45,362 nt of DNA. Source: Candidatus Gastranaerophilales bacterium (lineage in GTDB: Bacteria; Cyanobacteriota; Vampirovibrionia; Gastranaerophilales; Gastranaerophilaceae). Position 1 is the first letter of the stretch. Each line of letters begins with the position of its first letter. The notes beneath the pieces were generated by a model that saw only the letters and a list, made by a program, of their open reading frames with translations, made no database searches and had not been told where the DNA came from. The position numbers and the translations under genes are program-made. Positions 17,524 through 26,671 of the stretch are shown here, in pieces. The stretch covers positions 1-45,362 of the forward strand of contig CANPXC010000001.1 of NCBI GenBank assembly GCA_947585605.1, given 5' to 3'.

Positions 17524-18123
17524 TTGGAAATAAAACTGCCTGAGAATATTCCCGCAAGAGCGAGGGAAGAACTTTTAAAACTTTTACGGGGAAATCGTAA
17601 TTTTGTAAATTCTACACCAACCGCAAAAAATATGTGTTTGGAAACTTTAAGAAAGTATGCATTTCATCAGGAACCTTATGCAGTGGTATTAAGTTGTTCT
17701 GATTCAAGAGTTGTGCCTGAAATAATTTTTGATTGCGGAATAGGAGAGTTATTTGTTGTACGAGTTGCTGGTATTACTGCGGGTGATAATGTTATAGAAA
17801 GTATTGAGTACGGAGTAAAAAAATTAAAAGTACCTCTTTTAATTCTGCTTGGCCACGATGATTGCGGAGTTATGAAGTACGCAAAAGACCATTATCCCGT
17901 TATGACAGAGGATTTTAAATCGATTATGTCATGTGTATATCCTGTACTGGATAAAAATGAAGACATAACATGCCATAATTTTTTTGCAATGCAGCATACT
18001 TTATGGGTAGAAGATGTTCTTATGCAAAAGTCTAAAATTATAAGAAATGCTGTTAATAATTCGGAATTATACATAGCAAAGTGCCATTTCGACCATTCAA
18101 CCGGGCTTGTTGAACTGATTTAA
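17524..18123 (+). CDS. Beta-class carbonic anhydrase
   Basis: Zinc ligand motifs CSDSR and GHDDCG with correct spacing. TTG start follows AAGGTGA. Confidence 0.85.
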   Translation: MEIKLPENIPARAREELLKLLRGNRNFVNSTPTAKNMCLETLRKYAFHQEPYAVVLSCSDSRVVPEIIFDCGIGELFVVRVAGITAGDNVIESIEYGVKKLKVPLLILLGHDDCGVMKYAKDHYPVMTEDFKSIMSCVYPVLDKNEDITCHNFFAMQHTLWVEDVLMQKSKIIRNAVNNSELYIAKCHFDHSTGLVELI

Positions 18124-18193
18124 TATTTGTTAAAAAACGTGAAAATTTGTATTTATAAGTAAGTAAATATAACAAAAAATTTTTTTCTCATAA

Positions 18194-18214
18194 TTAATAT
18201 CTTTGAGATATTAA
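18194..18214 (+). promoter_or_regulatory. Perfect 9-bp inverted repeat abutting the SD of the giant gene
   Basis: TTAATATCT (18194-18202) TTG AGATATTAA (18206-18214). The SD-like AAAGGA starts at 18214; ATG is at 18226. Confidence 0.3.
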
Positions 18215-18225
18215 AAGGATATATT

Positions 18226-21200
18226 ATGAGAATTAATCAAATCGGTGTTAACAGAATAAATTTTAAGAGTACAAGAACGGATATAAACACTGTAAAGACT
18301 TTAAAAACAGGTACTTTACCAATAAGTGAAAATAAAAAGATAAATATTTATAATTCTTTGGCAAATATTTCAAAAGCACCCGACAGAGCCGGCATAGAAG
18401 TTTTGCTTGATGTAGCCGATAATTTAGCATATGGGCAGGGAGGAAACTCTGAATATAAAAGTCTTTTAAATGCAACGGGGAATACTCCCGAAGAAAGAGA
18501 AAATACTGATTGGACATTAATTCTTAAAAACACGATTGAACAGGCTTTAAATACTGTTGACGAACAAGAAAATCAAGATTTAAAAGCAAAATTTGAGCAA
18601 ATATTTAACGGAGGGAAAAAAGAATTAACTCCTGTTCAAAAGGAAATTTTGGATATCAGAAATAATTTATTAACCGAAGTTCTTAATTATGATAAATTTG
18701 AGGATGAAACATCCCTTCTGCATGCCGCAAATATAAGAAAAAATCTTGATTATTTTGCTGCGTCATCGGAAATAAGTGCGCAGCAGAAAAAAGAGTGTTT
18801 TGAAAAATTTGTTTATTTTTTAAGTGATGATTATAAAATCCAGCCGCAGCTTGAGGATAAAAAATTACAGGCACTTGATGAAATTTTAACTGATATGCTG
18901 GTAAAAACGCCGGAGAGTGAAATATTAACTACAAAAGATATTGACCAAAGGCAATCCGGAATATGTGCAGCGATTTCAATATGCCGAAAAGCTTTGGCTT
19001 ATGAAGATAAAGTCAGATATTTAGATGTTATAATGCAAGAATTAAGTGCTTCTCCGTATATGGAAGTTTTTGATATAACCGCATTAGGCAGCGGAAAGAA
19101 AGTCAATATAGAAAAAGCCGATATTAACTATGATTCTGCGTTATCAAGAGGATACAGAATTATCGACGCTTCTGCTCATACCTGGATGCAAAATGCACAC
19201 GCAAGCGGCGACGGAACAATCCTAACGGAAAAATATACTGCATTTGATGAGGATAATTACGGTATATATGATGATTCCAGCTGGTATGAAGGCTTGGGAG
19301 AAGAATATCAGACCTCTAAGAATTTTTTAAAAGCGTTGATAAAAGAGCGTGAAGAATTAAAACTTATTGATAAGAAAAAGAAAGAAATTAAAGCTTTAAC
19401 ACAAGGGTTGTATTCATCAAAAGAGAAGCTGCTTAATGAATTATCAAGTATATCAGCCTTAACTAATAAAATGCTGGGGTCAATTTTTCCGGATTATTCA
19501 AATGAACAAGTGACTGCTCTATATAAAAATATAATAAAATTTTATAAAGGAAACAGCGAAAATAATGAGGTAAATATCCCTCAAAAACTGGATAAAAGTT
19601 TAAAAGTTAATATTTTAAGTGATTATATAAAGTCGCAAGTCCCTGATATTACGGAAACACAAACGGAAAAATTAAGTGAATTATCGGAAAAAATATATAA
19701 TAGTGTTAGTGCGTATTGCGAAACGGAAAATAATTTAGATAAAGCAAAAAAATATTCTTCAAAAACTGCAAAATACAGATACAATCAAAATTTATACCGT
19801 GCCGCAGCCGCTCATCGTATAGCGATTGAAGCTGATTTAGACATGCCGGACGGAGAGATAAGATATGAAAAAGCACTCGGTTTAGAACCGGAGAATTATA
19901 GAGGTGCTGATTATCTCAGAAAAATATCCGCTTCTTTAGCTTCCGAAGATGTCAGAAAAAAATATGCACAAGAAACTTCTGAAATTCCTTCAAAGGAAGA
20001 ATTAGAAAAAGAATTAAATTTTGATATTCTCAAATTAGAAAGCCTTATACCCGCAAAATTTGACAGACTTTTGGATGATATGTTAGGTAAAAGTTTGGCG
20101 CAATTGTTGTCAGATATGTTTGCACAGGTAAAAACTTCAATTTTGGAAGAAGATGAAACCTCTTTACACACAATGGCGGCAAATTTGAGAATTAAACCCG
20201 ACAGTAAAGAAGTAATAAAAAAGATTGAAGATTGGCAGCAGAAACTGAGCGATAATGAAGATAAAGAATATAAAAACGTAAGTGAAGCTGCGAGAATATT
20301 AGGCTTTAAAAATATTACAATGGCTGTAAATGCTTTTGTAGCTTCATTTTATAAATCATTGCAAAGCGGGATATCGGAAGAAGAATTTGAAAGACTTTCT
20401 AATAAATACGGACAAGAAAATTTATCCGCAGTACTGGAAAATTTAAGAAATGAATTTTTTGAAATAAAAGAAGAATACGAAAATATATTTTCAAAATGGG
20501 ATATACCATCTTCAAAAAGCATAATAATTAAAAGATTTGAGAAAGAAAATCTTGTTTTATCGCGCAGCAAGCTAAATAAACTTAAACAAAAATTTGATTT
20601 TATAGCCAACAGAACCGCATATAATTCAATGTATATACAAAACATAAAAGCGAGAAAAAAAGCTAATGAAAAAGTAATGAATTTTTCAAACGAAGAACAA
20701 GCTATTTTTGAGCAAATAGAAAAATCGCTTCCGGAAATGAAGTCATATAGTAAACGCAGTTATAATTCAATGAATAATATGCTCTTTGACAAATTAGAGG
20801 AGCAGTATGCATATATCGGAAAATTAAACGGACAATTTTGGGTAAGGGAAGAAGGCTCATCAGGGCTTACGTCAAACGAGCAGTTGAGAATAATAGAACA
20901 AATAACCGGCAGACCGTATCACATAGAAAGCGATATAACTGAAGCTGTAAAGGTTATAAAGGAAGGTGAAGGAAGCGGAATAATATCAACAAGTGTTGAT
21001 GATACTGATTATGCATTCCATGCACAATATGTTCCTGCCGTAACGGAAGAAACGTTTACAAATCCGTTAACGGGCAAAAATAATAAAGAAGATGTTTTAT
21101 GGACTGATAATTCTTGGGGATATGCAGAAAAGGAACATTATTGGAACGGCCGTGACGGGCATGAATATACGGACTACGGTAACGGATGGGGCTGGAAGGA

Positions 21201-24051
21201 CGGATTTATAGTGGATAAATCTATGAAAATCGGTCAGCCTGTAAGAGTTATAAAAGGTGCTGTGGGCGTTGAGAAAGAAGAACAAGTAAAATTCGGATTA
21301 TATAATGACATGATATTGCCCGGGGCAGCGGTAAGGGGACATCAAAAAATATTTAATCTGATAAACAGTATGCTTAATACAAATAAATGCGCTCAAAGAT
21401 ATGAAGCATTAGAAAAAGCGATTGCTCAAGGATATAAATTATCTCCGGATTACTTGGAACACTTGGATGAAGGCGCTCAATTAAAGGCGGAACGCCTTGA
21501 AAAACGTTTGGAAAAAGAAATTAATTCAAAGGAAGATTTTGATAAACTTCAAGATAATGACGATTTAAAAATCATTATGGAAAAAATTTCTTTGTATATG
21601 TCTACTGATAATCCGATTTTAAAAAATATGGTTGCAGCTTGCAGTGATATGGAGGAATTAAGTGAAGTAAAAAAAGATTTTATGTATGATTATATTGATA
21701 CATTTAAGGAGATAATGGGAAAATCTGAAGAAACTCTTTCTAATATCAAAGCATACATAAAAAATGATTTTATAAATTTATATAAAGAAATTGTTGATAA
21801 ATATTCGGAAGAAGCCGATAAACAAAAAATGGAAGACGTATTGGATCAGTTATTTGACGGCTCAATATTAAATGATAATAAATTCAACGGAAATATAGAT
21901 GACTTAGAAAATATTCTTTTAAATCATGTTGTAAAAACTGCATTTGATAATTTAAATGATGAAGAAGCAGCAATTCATTTTATTGACGGTACTCAAAAGT
22001 TAATAAAAGAAGCAATAAATAAAGGAATAAGGATAAATTCGCTTGAAAGTCCTAATTTGGTTAATAATCCGCTAAGCGAATACTTTATAGCCGCTATAGA
22101 TAAATATTTAAATCCAAAATCCGATGAAGAACTGTTAAATATAATACAAAGCTTCCAAAAGGCTGATAATAAAACGGCGGAAGACTTTTTAAATGCCTTA
22201 ACGGAAGAAGATTTCGGGTTATTCTTTAAACCTGCTTATGACTATTTGGAAAGATATAAAGCTGAAGATTCAGCTGTTATAAGAGTATTTAACGAAATAG
22301 CAGGCATAGAGGAAATATATGATTTTATCCGCATGTCCGGTGAAGATGATGAGGATAAGGCATTACCGGATGAAATATACAGAGATTTATACGTAAAACT
22401 TACTAATATGGACGTACAGAAGTATGTTAAAAACTTCAAAGCCGAAGCATTTGAAAAATATAAGCTTAGACAAGCATTCCCTCAGCCCGTTGTAATTAGT
22501 GATGATGATATTATTACATCGGCAAATAATTTTATTACGGAAATAAGAGATACGGTTGGCAGTATATTTAATTATGATGAAACATTGGAATTGTTTTCAT
22601 TGTATACGGAATTTTGCGATAATCACAAGGATGATGAAATATATAAATCAATGCTTGAGGGTAAAAAAGTTGACGTAAATCAAGAATATATTGAGTCTTT
22701 AAAGTCGGAATTAACGCCAATTTATCAATATTTGTGTAAAGATGAAACATTTAAGGATATAACAAATCCTTTAGCTAATATGATAAGTTATTTGAGTGAT
22801 GAAAATTCATTACATAAAAATATGAAACGCTTTAATAAATGCTTAAAAACTTTCACAAGCAATTTTGATGATTTTCTTCAAGGCGGATTAACCATAGATA
22901 GAACTATAGGAAATAAGAATGATGAACTAAAAACATTCAAACAAAATATAAGCTTATACGTAAATTCAACAATTCAAGCGAAATATAGAAACGGCGCAAT
23001 AATCAGAGTAAAAAATCTGATAAATCTGTATAAAAATAATGCTCCTCAAGATGAGATAGACTATGCATATTATGATTTTATTGGATATACAATATTAAGG
23101 CATATTACAAAAAATCCCGTTGCATTGTTGAATGAGTGTGTAAAAGATGTACAAAAAGGCAAAAAGGACACGTTAGAATATAAATATAAAAAGGAATTTT
23201 TACAAGCAACGCTTCGGGTTGCGCAGCAGACAAATATTCAATATTCATTGGTTAAAAATCAGCATGAGGGAATTGATTCCAAGATAAAGGATGTATTACC
23301 TTATTTCGTTGTATATAAATCAGAAGGAAATTCTTCGGCAACTACCGTTGATGAATTAAATGAATCAAGCGGAATTAATTATTTAATCGCCCAATTAGAT
23401 AATGCCCAGGATAATCATACAACTTTAAATTTGTTTCTTGAACAGGCAGGATTATCCCGTGACGCCGTAAATGCTCTTATTGAAAATTTTAATATTGAAA
23501 AAATGAAAAAATTGACAAACGAAAAAGCAGCTGAAATTATTCAGGATTCTGCGGATTTAAAAGTATTAAAAGGTGTTCATGATGATTATTACAGAAAAGC
23601 TCATATAAGATATAAATCAATAGAAGACGCTTTTAATCAATTCGCCTCTTATGCGGAAAGAAAAACAAGAAAACATTCAAATTCTAAATTAATTCAGTCT
23701 TTTATATATAATTTAAGGAATACAAAAGTCCAAGAAAATACATTATCCCCGAATGGTTCATTATTTAAAGAATTTATGCAGATGATAACATTGGAATTGT
23801 TGGATTCTGAACTGGATAAAGTAAACGGGAAATTTAATTATATAGCGGAACTATATAATACTTCAGTCGAGTTTACTGATTTAATAAACGCAATAAAAGT
23901 TCCTCAAGATAGTAGTGAATACAAGGCTCGTGAAGAATTTGTCGAAAAAATAAATGAAGCAAAACAATACTGCAATCAAGTTCTTGGTAAATTATCACAA
24001 GTAGTGGAAGCAACTAACGGCATAAAATTTGATAGTAATGAAGAATTATAG
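18226..24051 (+). CDS. Giant (1941 aa) signal-less protein with a PepC/bleomycin-hydrolase-like (papain-clan) cysteine-peptidase signature
   Basis: Uninterrupted 5.8-kb ORF with SD. DQRQSGIC (Q241, C247), YAFHAQ (H932), WTDNSWG (N962) and GNGWGWKDGFIV. The rest is helical and D/E/K/N-rich, with no other motif recognised. Confidence 0.8.
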   Translation: MRINQIGVNRINFKSTRTDINTVKTLKTGTLPISENKKINIYNSLANISKAPDRAGIEVLLDVADNLAYGQGGNSEYKSLLNATGNTPEERENTDWTLILKNTIEQALNTVDEQENQDLKAKFEQIFNGGKKELTPVQKEILDIRNNLLTEVLNYDKFEDETSLLHAANIRKNLDYFAASSEISAQQKKECFEKFVYFLSDDYKIQPQLEDKKLQALDEILTDMLVKTPESEILTTKDIDQRQSGICAAISICRKALAYEDKVRYLDVIMQELSASPYMEVFDITALGSGKKVNIEKADINYDSALSRGYRIIDASAHTWMQNAHASGDGTILTEKYTAFDEDNYGIYDDSSWYEGLGEEYQTSKNFLKALIKEREELKLIDKKKKEIKALTQGLYSSKEKLLNELSSISALTNKMLGSIFPDYSNEQVTALYKNIIKFYKGNSENNEVNIPQKLDKSLKVNILSDYIKSQVPDITETQTEKLSELSEKIYNSVSAYCETENNLDKAKKYSSKTAKYRYNQNLYRAAAAHRIAIEADLDMPDGEIRYEKALGLEPENYRGADYLRKISASLASEDVRKKYAQETSEIPSKEELEKELNFDILKLESLIPAKFDRLLDDMLGKSLAQLLSDMFAQVKTSILEEDETSLHTMAANLRIKPDSKEVIKKIEDWQQKLSDNEDKEYKNVSEAARILGFKNITMAVNAFVASFYKSLQSGISEEEFERLSNKYGQENLSAVLENLRNEFFEIKEEYENIFSKWDIPSSKSIIIKRFEKENLVLSRSKLNKLKQKFDFIANRTAYNSMYIQNIKARKKANEKVMNFSNEEQAIFEQIEKSLPEMKSYSKRSYNSMNNMLFDKLEEQYAYIGKLNGQFWVREEGSSGLTSNEQLRIIEQITGRPYHIESDITEAVKVIKEGEGSGIISTSVDDTDYAFHAQYVPAVTEETFTNPLTGKNNKEDVLWTDNSWGYAEKEHYWNGRDGHEYTDYGNGWGWKDGFIVDKSMKIGQPVRVIKGAVGVEKEEQVKFGLYNDMILPGAAVRGHQKIFNLINSMLNTNKCAQRYEALEKAIAQGYKLSPDYLEHLDEGAQLKAERLEKRLEKEINSKEDFDKLQDNDDLKIIMEKISLYMSTDNPILKNMVAACSDMEELSEVKKDFMYDYIDTFKEIMGKSEETLSNIKAYIKNDFINLYKEIVDKYSEEADKQKMEDVLDQLFDGSILNDNKFNGNIDDLENILLNHVVKTAFDNLNDEEAAIHFIDGTQKLIKEAINKGIRINSLESPNLVNNPLSEYFIAAIDKYLNPKSDEELLNIIQSFQKADNKTAEDFLNALTEEDFGLFFKPAYDYLERYKAEDSAVIRVFNEIAGIEEIYDFIRMSGEDDEDKALPDEIYRDLYVKLTNMDVQKYVKNFKAEAFEKYKLRQAFPQPVVISDDDIITSANNFITEIRDTVGSIFNYDETLELFSLYTEFCDNHKDDEIYKSMLEGKKVDVNQEYIESLKSELTPIYQYLCKDETFKDITNPLANMISYLSDENSLHKNMKRFNKCLKTFTSNFDDFLQGGLTIDRTIGNKNDELKTFKQNISLYVNSTIQAKYRNGAIIRVKNLINLYKNNAPQDEIDYAYYDFIGYTILRHITKNPVALLNECVKDVQKGKKDTLEYKYKKEFLQATLRVAQQTNIQYSLVKNQHEGIDSKIKDVLPYFVVYKSEGNSSATTVDELNESSGINYLIAQLDNAQDNHTTLNLFLEQAGLSRDAVNALIENFNIEKMKKLTNEKAAEIIQDSADLKVLKGVHDDYYRKAHIRYKSIEDAFNQFASYAERKTRKHSNSKLIQSFIYNLRNTKVQENTLSPNGSLFKEFMQMITLELLDSELDKVNGKFNYIAELYNTSVEFTDLINAIKVPQDSSEYKAREEFVEKINEAKQYCNQVLGKLSQVVEATNGIKFDSNEEL

Positions 24052-24121
24052 TAAAATATTTATCAAAAGAAAATAAAATTTTAACAAAAATGTTAAGCAT
24101 GAAACAGAGGTAAAATTAAAT

Positions 24122-24397
24122 ATGAAAAAATTATTGGTTGCAATTTCATTAATTATATTAGTATTAGATATAGTTCCTCCGGTTTATGCTTTAAACGTAG
24201 GAACGTATAAAACCGAAACTGAATATGGTTTGTTAGACGGATTTAAAATTAATTGGAAAAGAAAAGATAAATCAAAACCGTTTATAGAACCGAGAGAAGG
24301 TTCTACGCAAAGAGATAAAGAAATAGAAATGCGTCAATATAAAGAAGATGAATACCAGCGTACAAAATATATGTATGACGGAATGGCAATAATATAA
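24122..24397 (+). CDS. Small exported protein, unknown function
   Basis: 91 aa, signal peptide MKKLLVAISLIILVLDIVPPVYA, SD AGAGG upstream. No terminator between it and the giant gene. Confidence 0.5.
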   Translation: MKKLLVAISLIILVLDIVPPVYALNVGTYKTETEYGLLDGFKINWKRKDKSKPFIEPREGSTQRDKEIEMRQYKEDEYQRTKYMYDGMAII

Positions 24398-24480
24398 TGC
24401 TAGTTTTATTGCTTTGCTGATACAGGAAAGTTGTCCGAGAAAATTTTGCGAAAGAATGTGAGCGAAATTTTTTGGAGCAT

Positions 24481-24516
24481 AAAAAAGAGGAAACATATTG
24501 TTCCCTCTTTTTTTGT
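24481..24516. terminator. Bidirectional terminator between the giant-gene operon and tpsB
   Basis: AAAAAAGAGG (24481-24490) pairs with CCTCTTTTTT (24504-24513) around a short loop or bulge. A-run and T-run flanks serve both convergent units. Confidence 0.55.
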
Positions 24517-24529
24517 ATATTTTCTGACT

Positions 24530-26308
24530 TTACAGAATGTTTGAAGTAAGTGTAAAGTGGAATCTTGCAGTATTTCTGTCCATATTGTTAGCATAATCCG
24601 CCCAGCGTCTGCCGATAGGGAAACCCCAATACATGTTAGCGGAGATGTATTTAGTAAGCTTAACAATAATACCCGGACCTGCACTCATTAAGTATTGAGT
24701 ATGACTTGAGTCAACATCAGACCATTGGAATCTGTTACCGACCCAGCCGATATCATAGAATGCAGCGAGTTGAATACTGTCGCTGATAAATTTGTATTTT
24801 TCAGGTAAAACAGCTCTGAACCCGGGGATTGGGAATCTGTATTCAAAGCTTGCATTCATACCGTAGTCACCAATGAAGAAGCCTTCATCATAACCTCTAA
24901 CAGAGGAAATACCACCGATTTGCATCGCTTCTGAACCCCAAAGGTGTCTGTTTGCGTATTGACCGTTAACTTGTAATAACATTAACTGATTTGCAGGTAA
25001 TACTTGTAAACGTGCAGCCCCTGCATTAACTTTAACGAAGTTATTGCTTGCCATATTGCGGGCTTTGTTATAATCGGAAGCATCGATAGGAATACCGCCG
25101 GAAACTGAACCGTTGAATAACCATCTTCCGTAGTAATCATCTTTAACATCAGTTAAGCTTGCTTTAAGAACTCTTGTTCTGTAGTCGGTTAATATGTCGT
25201 CTAAAATTTTGTGACCTGAAGATAAATCGGTATTACGTAAATCTAAAGTGATATCACCATATAATCTGTAATCTTCACCTTTTGCTAATCTTCTTGATAC
25301 ACCGATGAATACGTCATGAGATTCACCTTTGATATCCAAGTATTTTAAAGCTTTACCGAGTCTTACGTTAGAGTATGAATAGCCGACATTTAATCTGGTA
25401 TCATTTTTAGCAATCGGAATAGAATAAATACCGCCTGCACCTAATGAACGAGATGACAGAGCGACCGTACCCATTAAAGTATCGCCGTGGCCTGTAACAT
25501 CATGTAAACCGGCATATAAAACGCCTCTTTGAGTACCGATAGCTTCACGACCTTGGTTATCGTATCTTAAGTCTAAGTTAATCGGGAATCTGTCTTTAAC
25601 GTCAAGAGAAACATCCGAATATTCTTCTGATTCTTCGTTATCAGCGAAAGAAACAGAACCTTTCATATATTCTTCCGTAGACATTTCCGTTAATGCATTA
25701 CGAACATCTTTAACGTTTAATACTTTACCCGGTTGAATATTGTTATCTGATAAATAGTGTTTATTTAAGTATGAAGAACGCTCCCATTTACCGGGGTTAA
25801 TTTCAACATTACCATATTTACCTTCTAAGATTTTGATTTCAATAACTCCGTTTTGAACTTTTTGCGGAGGGAGGTAAGCCATTGTTGAAAGATAGCCTTT
25901 TCCTTGATAGTAGTCTGTAATTTCATTTGCAGACATAATTAAATCGTTAATTGTAACTTCTTGACCTATTTTAAAATCGACAAGTCTCATTAAAACATAA
26001 GTAGGGAAAACAGTGTTTCCGGTAATTTTAATGTCTTTTAATTTAAATGAAACTTGTTTTGTATTAAGTAAATCCATTTTCTTTTGGATTTCAGCTTCAA
26101 CAACAGCAGGGTTTTTAGTTTCCACATATTTTGTTTGTGCTTCATATTCTTTTCTTTGAATGAAGTTGCTGTTATCGATAAGACCTGCATCATAACCGCC
26201 GGTATTAGCCGGAATATTTGTCGGAATAACGGTGTCAGCTGCGAAAGCCGGCACACTGAGCATTAATGATGCACATAATAAAGTTGTTTTTAGTAATGTT
26301 TTTTTCAT
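24530..26308 (-). CDS. Two-partner-secretion outer-membrane transporter (TpsB; ShlB/FhaC/HecB family)
   Basis: Signal peptide MKKTLLKTTLLCASLMLSVPAFA. POTRA-like LKDIKITGNTVF...INDL...ITDYYQGKGYLSTMAYLPPQKVQNGVIEIKILEGKYG. Long beta-barrel-type C-terminal part. Adjacent to three TpsA-like genes. Confidence 0.85.
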   Translation of the reverse strand: MKKTLLKTTLLCASLMLSVPAFAADTVIPTNIPANTGGYDAGLIDNSNFIQRKEYEAQTKYVETKNPAVVEAEIQKKMDLLNTKQVSFKLKDIKITGNTVFPTYVLMRLVDFKIGQEVTINDLIMSANEITDYYQGKGYLSTMAYLPPQKVQNGVIEIKILEGKYGNVEINPGKWERSSYLNKHYLSDNNIQPGKVLNVKDVRNALTEMSTEEYMKGSVSFADNEESEEYSDVSLDVKDRFPINLDLRYDNQGREAIGTQRGVLYAGLHDVTGHGDTLMGTVALSSRSLGAGGIYSIPIAKNDTRLNVGYSYSNVRLGKALKYLDIKGESHDVFIGVSRRLAKGEDYRLYGDITLDLRNTDLSSGHKILDDILTDYRTRVLKASLTDVKDDYYGRWLFNGSVSGGIPIDASDYNKARNMASNNFVKVNAGAARLQVLPANQLMLLQVNGQYANRHLWGSEAMQIGGISSVRGYDEGFFIGDYGMNASFEYRFPIPGFRAVLPEKYKFISDSIQLAAFYDIGWVGNRFQWSDVDSSHTQYLMSAGPGIIVKLTKYISANMYWGFPIGRRWADYANNMDRNTARFHFTLTSNIL

Positions 26309-26671
26309 TTGTCCGCTCTCTATATTATAATATTATTTCTACTTATATTACATTCTATATAATACTACAGAAAAAATAAAATATGTAACAATATTAATTT
26401 TATTATAAATTATTATTTCCGAATATTGTATAAACCAATTATATGAAATATAAACAAATTATATTTTGCGTGAAATTAAAATATTTATAACATATCTTAA
26501 CAAAATAATTATTTATAAATTTATTTGTTATATATTAATTTTTATTAACATTAATTATTTATTTGACAAAAAAAATTATGTGTGGACTTTAAATCTTTTG
26601 TGTGAATTTTGATACAGATTAAGAGATGTATTTTTAGGCTAAAAAATATAAAGAGAATGGAGAGACTAAGA

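Noticed and set aside
18263-22750. Multiple 60-98-aa antisense ORFs inside the giant gene, and similar ones inside tpsA genes (e.g. 27469..27795, 31146..31493, 33525..33800)
   Set aside because: All are nested in long, coherent ORFs on the other strand. Biased and repetitive codon composition keeps antisense frames open, and none has start signals.
26609-26671. 21-codon upstream extension of tpsA-like gene 1
   Set aside because: The signal peptide starts at MKKLL (ATG 26672), which is preceded by GGAGAG. The extension would bury the signal peptide.
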